Below, piece after piece: positions 54,433 through 63,152 of a stretch of DNA of 64,000 bases. Source of the stretch: Candidatus Woesearchaeota archaeon (GTDB lineage: Archaea; Nanobdellota; Nanobdellia; Pacearchaeales; GW2011-AR1). A model generated the notes under the pieces. It had not been told where the DNA came from. It made no database searches and was given only the letters and a program-made list of their open reading frames with translations. Position 1 is the stretch's first letter. Every line of letters begins with the position of its first letter. The translations under genes and the position numbers were made by a program. The stretch is taken from contig CAZDXC010000001.1 in the NCBI GenBank assembly GCA_964509675.1, positions 115,973 through 179,972 on the forward strand. The letters run 5' to 3'.

Positions 54433-54798
54433 ATGAATTTTTTAATGCCAGAATTAGATATTAAAAATCTAGAATTTTATGTAAATGCAGAGTGGCTAAT
54501 CTATTTAAAAGAACATCCTTGGATGACTTTTGTTGCTGAAGAAGCTACAGATTCTAATGGTGTAACATATTTGAGAAATCATAAGAAAAAAGATTCCTTA
54601 ATTTATAGAAAGACTGAGGAGGGGTATGTTTGCACAAATTGTGACTCAGAGATACAACAAGCAACAATTATACATTCTATTTGGGATGGTCCTTTCTCTT
54701 GTTCTGGTTCAGGTAAAACTGCAAAAGAGTTTGTTCCTTATTGCCCAAAATGTGAAGAAAAACCGAGTTCTAATGGAACACCAATAAGCGTGAAATAA
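54433..54798 (+). CDS. hypothetical protein with Zn-ribbon cysteines
   Basis: CTNCDSE ... CPKCEE in a 121-aa ORF. Confidence 0.4.
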   Translation: MNFLMPELDIKNLEFYVNAEWLIYLKEHPWMTFVAEEATDSNGVTYLRNHKKKDSLIYRKTEEGYVCTNCDSEIQQATIIHSIWDGPFSCSGSGKTAKEFVPYCPKCEEKPSSNGTPISVK

Positions 54799-54827
54799 TT
54801 TTTAAACTTTCAATCTTTTCTTTTCTT

Positions 54828-55502
54828 ATGAGCAAAGCAGCAGTTTTATTCTCAGGAGGAAAAGATTCAACTTATGCGGCATACTTGGCAAGAGAAGCAG
54901 GAGCAGAAATAAAGTGTCTGTTATCTCTTTTTTCAGAAAACAAGGCTAGTTACATGTTTCACACCCCGAATATAAAATTAGTAAAAGTCCAGGCAAAAGT
55001 AATGAAAACGCCATTGCTAACAGACAAAACAAAAGGAATAAAAGAGGAAGAATTAAAAGATTTGACAGAAATAATAAAAAAGGCAAAGAAAAAATACAAG
55101 ATAGACACAATTGTGACAGGAGCTCTTCATTCTAAATATCAGGCAAGCAGAATTCAGAATATTTGCAATAAACTAAATCTAAAGTGCTTCAATCCTTTAT
55201 GGCATAAAGATGAAATATCTTATTTGAATGAATTGGTTGACAATGAATTCAAGGTAATGATTATAGGAGTGTTTGCATATCCTCTTGACAAAACCTGGCT
55301 TGGAAGAATTATAGATAATGAATTCATCAAAGAAGTTGAAGAACTCAAGGAGCAATACAAGATTCATGCTGCAGGCGAAGGCGGAGAGTTTGAGACGTTT
55401 GTTCTTAATTGCCCTCTTTTCAGCAGCGAGATAAAAATCAAATCCTTCAAGGATTTCCAGGAAGGGGAGAATGCTTGGAGAAGAGAGATAAGAGTTAGTT
55501 AA
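54828..55502 (+). CDS. dph6: diphthine-ammonia ligase (Dph6, MJ0570-family PP-loop ATPase)
   Basis: AVLFSGGKDSTYA PP-loop, the GEGGEFETFVL signature and a 224-aa length. Confidence 0.8.
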   Translation: MSKAAVLFSGGKDSTYAAYLAREAGAEIKCLLSLFSENKASYMFHTPNIKLVKVQAKVMKTPLLTDKTKGIKEEELKDLTEIIKKAKKKYKIDTIVTGALHSKYQASRIQNICNKLNLKCFNPLWHKDEISYLNELVDNEFKVMIIGVFAYPLDKTWLGRIIDNEFIKEVEELKEQYKIHAAGEGGEFETFVLNCPLFSSEIKIKSFKDFQEGENAWRREIRVS

Positions 55503-55503
55503 G

Positions 55504-55965
55504 ATGAAAAGAGAAGAATTTGATTATTATATCTTCATGGATTACTCTGAAAATTTAATTGGATATATAATTATTGATAAACAAAAATTGAATGAACTTT
55601 TACCTAAAATTACCAAATTAAAACATTATAAAGGACTAAAAAATAAAGTGCAATACTTAAATGCCGCAAAAAAATTATTTAAGAAAAATAGAATTTTAGA
55701 TATAGTATCCAAACATAAGATAGCAGAATTGAGGCAAAATGTTGAGCTCTGTTCAGAAATTTTAGATTTTTGCAGAAAAGAGTCTGAATCCAAGATGTTT
55801 ATCTCTGTTGATGACAGACAACATAGGGGCTTCATGAAAATTCTCTCTTTAATTGATGGAAAAAGGTTTAAGATTATAAAAGAGGGGCAGTTAAAGGTAA
55901 ATTCTCCAGAATATCAAATGAACTTAATAATAGATACTTTGTTAAATCTAAAAAGAACAAGATAA
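55504..55965 (+). CDS. hypothetical protein coupled to dph6, with a possible RNase H-like fold
   Basis: It starts 2 nt after the dph6 stop. Its N-terminus YYIFMDYSENLIGYIIID resembles the first two beta-strands of RuvC/YqgF-type folds; this is weak. Confidence 0.35.
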   Translation: MKREEFDYYIFMDYSENLIGYIIIDKQKLNELLPKITKLKHYKGLKNKVQYLNAAKKLFKKNRILDIVSKHKIAELRQNVELCSEILDFCRKESESKMFISVDDRQHRGFMKILSLIDGKRFKIIKEGQLKVNSPEYQMNLIIDTLLNLKRTR

Positions 55966-56213
55966 AATTAATAGAGTAGTAGGTCCGTCAATCCTACTAA
56001 CCGCCTCTAAGGACGGGATTCGTCAGGACCTGTTTCCCTATGATTTATATAGATATCCAAAATTTAAATATCTTTCTGTTTTCATTTCATATCAACAGAT
56101 ATAAAATAAGTTAAAAAGTTCAAGGATGTCCAAGAAAGGAATATGGTTGGAGAAGAGAAATTGAGGTTTTGTGATATATAAATTCTTAAAAGCAATATTT
56201 TCTTTTTGAAAAA

Positions 56214-56610
56214 ATGAATAAAGATTACAAAATTTGGACACCAGTTAAAAAAAACATAAACAATAATAGATCTCATCCTATAGGATATAAAGCAAGAGAT
56301 ATTTGGATTTGCAATATTGGTGAGAATATCGGATTTGAAGAAGATGGGAAAGGGAAATGAATTTATTCGTCCTATATTAATTTTGAAAGTTTTTAACAGA
56401 CAATTTTGTCACGTTGTTCCTCTTTCTAAAACAAATAAAGGCGGAAAGTTTTATTATTCTTTTGATGGAAAAACCGGGAAAACAAGTGTGGCTTTGTTGA
56501 GTCAATCAAGGGCAATTGATTCAGCAAGATTACTTCGTAAAATTGGCATGGCAAACAAGAAAGATTTTGATGAAATAAGGAATAAATTAAAAGAAGTTTT
56601 ATCTTTATAA
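56214..56610 (+). pseudogene. MazF/PemK/Kid-family endoribonuclease toxin gene interrupted by a +1 frameshift
   Basis: Frame A from ATG 56214 encodes ...ARDIWICNIGENIGFEEDGKGK and stops at TGA 56358-56360. The +1 frame (ORF-track 56317..56610) continues with NEFIRPILILKVFNRQFCHVVPLSKTNKGG...SVALLSQSRAIDSARL. Together these align along the full length of Kid/MazF, which has a D(L)IW block and HRP, NR, VP.T, QxR.ID and RL motifs. Confidence 0.55.
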
Positions 56611-56745
56611 TTGTTCATCTCTGCCCTTGCGAGCAGAGGACATCCCGAAGGAATTTGTAATATTATGAGGATTTCAAGGTTTAAATAATTTTTGATGGTG
56701 TTTCAGTAATGGGAGTTAGGAAGGGAAGGTTTAGGAAGGAGGAGA

Positions 56746-57213
56746 TTGGGGGGAGTTGGGAATGGGGGGAGATTTTTTAAAGATAAAGAGAACTTAATTA
56801 GTATGGGTAAATTGGAATTTGATTCTGAAGGAAGAGTAAAAGTTCCTGAAATTAAAAAAGAACCTAAAAGAAAAATTCTTTTTTCAGAGAAAAAAATAAT
56901 TTTGAAATATTGTGGAGTAGAACAGGATAAATTAATTGAATGTGAATGGGAAATAAAATTACCAAAAGAGGCAAAAGCAAAAGAAGTTTTTGAGATTAAA
57001 AATTGGGTAGATAAAGTAGTTGATTTGCATAAGCCTGCTTGGATTTATATCAAAAAGATAAATGATTCTCCATTGGAATATTCATTGATAATTAAAGGAC
57101 GGGGACAAGATGAAAGATGCACTTGGTGTCAATCATTTCGTACCTCATTAAAGACACATTTTAAAAAATTAGGAATTGAATTAAAGGAAATTGGGGGATG
57201 TAGGTTTGTATAA
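56746..57213 (+). CDS. hypothetical protein
   Basis: A 155-aa ORF whose likely true start is MGKLEF at 56803. Confidence 0.35.
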   Translation: MGGVGNGGRFFKDKENLISMGKLEFDSEGRVKVPEIKKEPKRKILFSEKKIILKYCGVEQDKLIECEWEIKLPKEAKAKEVFEIKNWVDKVVDLHKPAWIYIKKINDSPLEYSLIIKGRGQDERCTWCQSFRTSLKTHFKKLGIELKEIGGCRFV

Positions 57214-57270
57214 ATAAATTATATTTTAAGATATAGATATTTTTTTATATACTCATCCGATTCATTTATT

Positions 57271-57735
57271 ATGGATAATATTGCTGAAGAAAGATTTAAA
57301 GAATGGTTAGATAAAAATAAAATTCCTTATTGGTATTTAGATCAATCACTAGAAAGTTTTTCACCTGCATTAAAAGAATATCTAAAAATAAAAAGACCTG
57401 ATTTTATAATACTACTACCAAACTTTGGTTTTATTTTTGTTGATATCAAAGAAAAGAAACCCGCAAAAGATTATGACAAGTTTTTTGTAGATGGTGAAGA
57501 AGTTGAGAAATATTTGAATATTCAAAGAACATTTAATATACTTACATGGTTTGTTATTTCTAATGAAGAATACCATTATAAAACATGGTTTTGGGTACCT
57601 GTAACAGATATAATGAAAACAGGATTTCTTTTAAAAGAAAAGAATGCTTATGCAGTTCCTATAAATGAATTTATCCAAGTTTCAGATAATGATAATTTAG
57701 GAAGAGTTTTTAGTAAACTTCTTAAGATGGGTTAA
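57271..57735 (+). CDS. PD-(D/E)xK nuclease-fold protein (Hjc-like?)
   Basis: N-terminal AEERFKEWL, then RPDFIILLPNFGFIFVDIKEKK (PD ... D-x-K spacing as in Hjc PDIIA...IEMK). Confidence 0.4.
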   Translation: MDNIAEERFKEWLDKNKIPYWYLDQSLESFSPALKEYLKIKRPDFIILLPNFGFIFVDIKEKKPAKDYDKFFVDGEEVEKYLNIQRTFNILTWFVISNEEYHYKTWFWVPVTDIMKTGFLLKEKNAYAVPINEFIQVSDNDNLGRVFSKLLKMG

Positions 57736-58769
57736 TTTATTATTCTTTTATTTACCAGTAAATTCCTAAATACTCTTTGTTTATTATACAATGAATTTAA
57801 ATATTTCTTATCATATTTCCTATTTAATATGTTTAGGAAAATCTTTTCTAAGTCAGACTTATTTATATCCTCAAAAAAATGTTCAATATCCAAATCAGAT
57901 TTGATTTTATTTTGTTGTTCAGTTAAGACCTTTTTTATTTCCCTAGGAATTGTATTTGTAAAAAATAATGAAATATCAAAAAATTTAAAGTTCTCTCTCA
58001 ATGATTCTAAATTTTTCTTACTAACAACTAAATCTTCCAATTTTAAAAAATGAGTAATTAAGAAGCTATTTTCATCCTGAACAAAAATATTTTCTTTACT
58101 GAAATTGATATAATTCAAATAGAATGAAATATTATATAATTGGTTAAATCCCTTTTCTTTAACTTTTTTAACATATTCTATAATCTTCTTATTTTTGCTC
58201 TCATTTAATAATTTTATAACTAAATCCCATTCTTTTTTTTGTTGTAATAGTAGATTTTTTTCTAGATGCCTTCTTAAATTTTTAATTTTCCTTAAATCCT
58301 TTTGTAAATCTTCCACCTTTATAAAAAAACTAGTTGAAGACTGATAACCCAACTTTTTAAATTTCAATTCTTCTGTAAGGAATATTGTATAGTTTCTTCT
58401 ATTTGTTTTCTCCTTATCTTCTAATTTTTTCCTTAGAAATTTATCAACAACTTTTTGATCCTCTTCACTAAATCCAACTTTAGGAAGTCTTGGAAAAGCA
58501 AAAATAATTAATAATAAATAATCCCCTTTAATAGTTTCCAGTAATCTTTTTTTATCAAATATTTTCTTATCTAAAATTTGCCTTAATAAAATTGCTTCAT
58601 CTTTTTCTTTTTTGGCATTATTTAATTTTCCTTTTATTGATTTTAGTTCTTCATTTACTTTTCTATCTCTTCTAAGATCTCTATATCCCTTTACCCATGG
58701 AATTTTATTTGTTAGCAGAATCCACAAGTCTTTAATAAATCTCCAAATTACATTTTCTTTTTTTAACAT
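57732..58769 (-). CDS. hypothetical Lys-rich protein
   Basis: A 345-aa ORF with no recognisable motif. Confidence 0.4.
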   Translation of the reverse strand: MLKKENVIWRFIKDLWILLTNKIPWVKGYRDLRRDRKVNEELKSIKGKLNNAKKEKDEAILLRQILDKKIFDKKRLLETIKGDYLLLIIFAFPRLPKVGFSEEDQKVVDKFLRKKLEDKEKTNRRNYTIFLTEELKFKKLGYQSSTSFFIKVEDLQKDLRKIKNLRRHLEKNLLLQQKKEWDLVIKLLNESKNKKIIEYVKKVKEKGFNQLYNISFYLNYINFSKENIFVQDENSFLITHFLKLEDLVVSKKNLESLRENFKFFDISLFFTNTIPREIKKVLTEQQNKIKSDLDIEHFFEDINKSDLEKIFLNILNRKYDKKYLNSLYNKQRVFRNLLVNKRIIN

Positions 58770-58910
58770 TTTAATTCCTTTAGAAGCAATCAGAGAGATG
58801 AATCTCTGACCACCTCTCTTTTTAATACAAAAACAAGATTGTTAAAGTATTTATAATTTTCTATTCTTTCGGCTTAAAATACTTTTCAGCAAATTCTCTT
58901 ACAAATTTAT

Positions 58911-60044
58911 CTATTTCTTAAAAACAGATTCCTTCCCACTCTTCATATCCTTAACCTTGTATCTCTTTGCCCTGACTTCTTTTTCTCCGACAAAGATAAC
59001 ATTTCCGTAGTCATAGCTGTTTGCAAATTCCAATGCTTTTGTTGGCTTTCCATAGAATATTGAAGCATTTTTTCCCTGTTTTCTTAAAATTCTTACAACT
59101 TTAATTGCTTCTTCATCCTGCTCAAGGCTTACAACAAGAAACTTTTCTCTTTGGAGTTTTATTTGGGCAAGTTGTGAAATCCTGTCCAAACCAAAAGAAA
59201 TTCCTGTTGCCTTTTTTCCATTAATTTCATAACTTCCTCCTGCGCAGATTGTTTCCTTCATGTTTTTTGCTTTTATTTCAAAAACACTTCCTGTATAATA
59301 ACTCAGTCCTCTGACAATTGTGGGAGAAAACAAAACATTAACCCCATACAATTTGCAATATTCTTTTAGGCTGATTATGTCTCTGTAAGAATCAAACTTA
59401 ACCAAATATTCTTCTCCCTGACTGACTGCCTCAAGCAATTTTCCTGCTCCTAATCTCCGAAGAGCGAATTGGGTTTTCTGAAGCCCCTGCTTGTCTAGTT
59501 TATCCAACTCCCTCAATATCTGCTTCCTGTTTTTTCTGATTTTCAAATCATCCAAAACCTCATCCAATAATTTTCTGTTATTAATCAATATATCAATCTT
59601 AATCCCAAGCTTGTCAAAAATTTCTTTTGTCAGTGTAAGAATTTCTGCCTCGTCTTTTATTGTTGAGCCGATTGTGTCAATATCACACTGAGTAAACTGG
59701 CGAAATCTGTTTGAGCTTGTTGGTTCGTCTCTAAAAACTTCTCCTATTTGATATCTCTTGTAAGGAAGTTTTTTGTTTTTTGCAATTCTCTTCAGTTGGA
59801 AAGTGAATTCATATCTCAAAGCCAGTTTTCTTCTTCCTTTATCTCTCAGTTTGTAAATATCACTAACTGCTTCATCATTTGCATTCTGTCCTTTGACAAA
59901 CTCCTCGCTTTCTATAATAGGAGTTTCTGCAAGTTCAAATCCATATCTCTTGAAAGTCTCAGCTAAGATTCCTTTTATTCTCTGCCTTTTCCCTGCTTCT
60001 TCCCCTGTATAATCTCTGAATCCTTTAACTGCTTCTGTTTTCAT
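58911..60044 (-). CDS. hisS: histidyl-tRNA synthetase (compact, 377 aa)
   Basis: Class II motifs GFRDY (motif 1 region), YQIGEVFRDE (motif 2) and GGSYE...GISFGLDR (motif 3/His-A), plus a C-terminal anticodon-binding domain. Confidence 0.9.
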   Translation of the reverse strand: MKTEAVKGFRDYTGEEAGKRQRIKGILAETFKRYGFELAETPIIESEEFVKGQNANDEAVSDIYKLRDKGRRKLALRYEFTFQLKRIAKNKKLPYKRYQIGEVFRDEPTSSNRFRQFTQCDIDTIGSTIKDEAEILTLTKEIFDKLGIKIDILINNRKLLDEVLDDLKIRKNRKQILRELDKLDKQGLQKTQFALRRLGAGKLLEAVSQGEEYLVKFDSYRDIISLKEYCKLYGVNVLFSPTIVRGLSYYTGSVFEIKAKNMKETICAGGSYEINGKKATGISFGLDRISQLAQIKLQREKFLVVSLEQDEEAIKVVRILRKQGKNASIFYGKPTKALEFANSYDYGNVIFVGEKEVRAKRYKVKDMKSGKESVFKK

Positions 60045-60613
60045 TTTTCCTTGTCTTCTTCTTCCTTTTCTAATTGTTTAAGATTTAGTAAAGCATCTAA
60101 TTTATTATCTATTTTAACAAGAGTTTTAGTAAGTTCATCTTTTTTCTTAAGCTCTTTTCTTTGAATATCCAATAATTCTATAACTGCTCCATAAAATTTT
60201 GAATTAGCAACATTTGCTCTCCTTTCACTTTCTTTTTTCGTATTTTTTAATTCCTTATCAATTTTATCTATCTTCTTTATTTCTTCTTGAAATGAACTTC
60301 TCATTTTAATCTCTCCTTTTACTCCATATAAAATATTTTTAAGTGCAATTGATTTTTTCTTCAAAAGTTCTTTTGACCAATCCTCTTTAGGTATTCCTAA
60401 ACGAAATACTTGAATATTTTTAATATTATCAATTTCTTTCACTCTTTCATTATCTTTTAAGACTATTTTAACAAAATTTCTTAAATCTAATCTCATTTTC
60501 TCTAAAACTGAAGATTTTTTTAATAAATCGGGTTCATTAATAACATTATTTCTTTTCTCCATTAATTCAGTAATGAATTTTATTTTTTCTTCTTCTAACT
60601 TTTCAGTGTTCAT
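60041..60613 (-). CDS. coiled-coil hypothetical protein coupled to hisS
   Basis: A 190-aa Lys/Glu-rich ORF with 4-nt overlaps at both ends. Confidence 0.4.
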   Translation of the reverse strand: MNTEKLEEEKIKFITELMEKRNNVINEPDLLKKSSVLEKMRLDLRNFVKIVLKDNERVKEIDNIKNIQVFRLGIPKEDWSKELLKKKSIALKNILYGVKGEIKMRSSFQEEIKKIDKIDKELKNTKKESERRANVANSKFYGAVIELLDIQRKELKKKDELTKTLVKIDNKLDALLNLKQLEKEEEDKEK

Positions 60614-61029
60614 TTCCCCTCCATTTTCTTATTTAATTCATCAACTCTTCTTTTAATTTCCAATACAATCCTCTTAATATTCTTTTTGTTCATTCTTTGC
60701 TCATCTCTTATTCTCCATATTGCAACTTTCCTTTTAAGAGGAACTAGTTTGTAATCAAAAATTACCATTGGAACGTCATTTGCAACAACTATGATTTTGT
60801 CTGCTTTAATCATTTCTTGTAAACTCAATGGAAGAGGTTTTCTTTTTGCGAGATTTACTCCAAGAAGCTGTTTTGCTATTTTTCTCTGTTCTCTGTCAGA
60901 ATCTCCTCCCATGATAAATCCTCTGCTTCCCATGATTTTAACATTCTTGTTTCTGTTAACTTTTCTGAAATATTCTTCAGCAATCCTGCTTCTAAATGCA
61001 TTATATTTGCAAACAAATAATATTTTCAT
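60610..61029 (-). CDS. low-molecular-weight phosphotyrosine phosphatase / ArsC-family protein
   Basis: The P-loop ILFVCKYNAFRS (C-x5-R) lies near the N-terminus. The start is taken at the internal MKILFV, because the ORF-track N-terminal extension runs through the tRNA-His gene. Confidence 0.7.
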   Translation of the reverse strand: MKILFVCKYNAFRSRIAEEYFRKVNRNKNVKIMGSRGFIMGGDSDREQRKIAKQLLGVNLAKRKPLPLSLQEMIKADKIIVVANDVPMVIFDYKLVPLKRKVAIWRIRDEQRMNKKNIKRIVLEIKRRVDELNKKMEGK

Positions 61030-61098
61030 TTTCACCTTCTTTTTTGTCCTCGCTTCGCTGCGGATGAAACATTCCTTTGAAGCGGAAATTTCATAAAG

Positions 61099-61170
61099 GG
61101 CGGAAGGAGAGAATCGAACTCTCGTCTTACGGACCACAACCGCATGTTCTGCCACTGAACTACAACCGCC
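61099..61170 (-). tRNA. tRNA-His(GUG) with a genome-encoded G(-1)
   Basis: G-GCGGTTG-TA-GTTC-AGTGGCA-GAAC-A-TGCGG-TTGTGGT-CCGTA-AGAC-GAGAG-TTCGATT-CTCTC-CTTCCGC-C. The anticodon is GTG and the extra 5' G opposite C73 is the His identity element. There are two U-U mismatches in the acceptor stem. Confidence 0.7.
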
Positions 61171-61365
61171 ATTGAAAACCTCCAGCGGGTTTTTCACAAT
61201 TCCAGCACCCAACAGGAAGTTGATATTTAATTCAGTTAAAAATAGTATAAAAATATTCGCCTGACTAAAAAAATCATTTCTAATGATGCCGGCAATAAGA
61301 CATTTTTGATGTCATAAAAATCTGAAATAAGAAGGCTTTTTAAATTTAATCTTATAGAAATTAAT

Positions 61366-62601
61366 ATGAAACAATCAGCCATAAGTCAAATCCAAAGGAA
61401 GATTAAGCGAAGGAAACCATTGGTGTCCTCGCAATATGAACTCCTTGCTCCCGCAGGAGATTTTTCTATGCTGAATGCAGCAATAAATGCAGGAGCAGAT
61501 GCAGTGTATTTTGGATTAAAAGAGTTTAGCATGAGAGCAAATGCAAAGAATTTCACAATAAAAGATTTGGACAAAATTGAAAAAATATGCAAGAAAAAGA
61601 AAATAAAAAGATATCTCACACTAAACACAATAATCTACAATTCAGAATTAAAGCAGATAGAAAAGGTAATCAAAAAAGTCAAAGGAAAAATAGACGCAAT
61701 TATCTGCTGGGACTTAGCAGTTGTTGAATTTTGTAGAAAATACAAAATACCTTTTTTCATTTCCACACAGGCAAGTGTTGCAAACATTGAAGCTGCAAAA
61801 TTCTATAAAAAACTTGGAGCAAAAAGAATTATTTTGGCAAGAGAATTAAATCTAAAGCAGATAAAAGAAATCTCAAAGATAATTGATGTAGAATGTTTTA
61901 TTCATGGCGCGCTATGTGTTGCAGTTTCAGGAAGATGCTTTACAAGCCAGTTTCTTTTTAACAAATCTGCCAACAGAGGAGAATGCCTGCATCCTTGCAG
62001 AAGAAGTTATATTGTAAAAGATGAAGAAGGAAATGAATTGAAAATAGAAAACTCAAAAATTCTCTCTGCAAAAGACCTCTGTGCTTTGCCATTCATAGAA
62101 AAAATGAAACAGGCAGGAATAAAAGCATTCAAGATAGAAGGAAGAAACAGGGATGCGAGATATGTGGATGCTGTTGTAAGAGTTTACAGAAAAGCCCTCG
62201 ACAAAAAACTAACAAAAAAAGAAATAGATTCAGGAATAAAAGAATCAGAAAGAATTTACAATAAAGGATATTCTTCTGGCTTCTATCTGAAACTTCCAAC
62301 TGCTGATGATTTTGCAAAGATAGAACACAATGCATCAAGAGAAAAAAAGCATTTCATAGGAAAAGTCATGCATTATTTTTCAAATATAAAAATTGCAGCA
62401 GTAAAACTCGTCCATGAATTAGAACTTGAAGATGAAATTGTGATAATAGGCAAGACAACAGGCATTGTAAAAGGAAAAATCAGTTCTATTGAAATAAACA
62501 ATAAACCAGTAAAAAAAGCAAGAAAAGGGGATGAAATTGGAATACCTGTATCTGAAATAGTTAGAAAAAATGATGAAGTCTACTTAATTAAGAAAAATTA
62601 G
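61366..62601 (+). CDS. peptidase U32 family protein
   Basis: YELLAPAGDF at the N-terminus and ECFIHGALCVAVSGRCFTSQ are U32 signatures. Confidence 0.85.
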   Translation: MKQSAISQIQRKIKRRKPLVSSQYELLAPAGDFSMLNAAINAGADAVYFGLKEFSMRANAKNFTIKDLDKIEKICKKKKIKRYLTLNTIIYNSELKQIEKVIKKVKGKIDAIICWDLAVVEFCRKYKIPFFISTQASVANIEAAKFYKKLGAKRIILARELNLKQIKEISKIIDVECFIHGALCVAVSGRCFTSQFLFNKSANRGECLHPCRRSYIVKDEEGNELKIENSKILSAKDLCALPFIEKMKQAGIKAFKIEGRNRDARYVDAVVRVYRKALDKKLTKKEIDSGIKESERIYNKGYSSGFYLKLPTADDFAKIEHNASREKKHFIGKVMHYFSNIKIAAVKLVHELELEDEIVIIGKTTGIVKGKISSIEINNKPVKKARKGDEIGIPVSEIVRKNDEVYLIKKN

Positions 62602-63109
62602 TGAAAGTATTTGTCTGAGAGCAAAATCTCTCCTTCCCTGCTGAGTCCTTGAAAAATACAGTAACATCCAATCTGTCTACTGAAGCAAGAGTAGTATCTA
62701 TCCCTGTCTGCTTCTTTCCAACAAGAACTTCTATGTTTCCGTCAACACTTATCAGATTAGAGCTTTCTCCTGCTACTGAATCCCTGAATACTAACTTGAC
62801 TCCCTCAATCTCACTGGCTTCTGTCCCGCTTCTCATTAATTGAACATCGCATACCTGATTTCCTCCTACGCTCGTGCAATTTGCTGATGTGGCTTCAACA
62901 ACAGTACTCAGACATTTATTGTTAATTTCAATGCCTTCTGTCCCTCCGCTGAGTATTCCTCTTACTACAACCCAAACAATTCCGACTGCAACAAGAGAAA
63001 TAAGAATTATAATTAAAGTTACAACAACAGTAGATAAACCCTTACGATTTTTTGTAAAAAAATTGTAGTGGAAAAATCTTTGACTTTTATCTCTTTTATC
63101 ACCAAACAT
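62588..63109 (-). CDS. archaeal type IV pilin-like protein (class III signal peptide)
   Basis: KNRKGLSTVVVTLIIILISLVAVGIVWVV is a prepilin peptidase site (K/R)G(L)(S) followed by a hydrophobic helix. The start codon may be downstream of the annotated one. Confidence 0.55.
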   Translation of the reverse strand: MFGDKRDKSQRFFHYNFFTKNRKGLSTVVVTLIIILISLVAVGIVWVVVRGILSGGTEGIEINNKCLSTVVEATSANCTSVGGNQVCDVQLMRSGTEASEIEGVKLVFRDSVAGESSNLISVDGNIEVLVGKKQTGIDTTLASVDRLDVTVFFKDSAGKERFCSQTNTFTNFS

Positions 63110-63152
63110 TTTAACTTATTAATCTTTAGTAATTATAGTTTAAAAAGATTTC

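Noticed and set aside
60610-61212. A 200-aa ORF-track call that extends the LMW-PTP gene across the tRNA-His.
   Set aside because: Its N-terminal 61 codons are the translated tRNA-His gene (…VVENPLEVFNGGCSSVAEHAVVVRKTRVRF…). The real start is taken as the internal Met at 61029.
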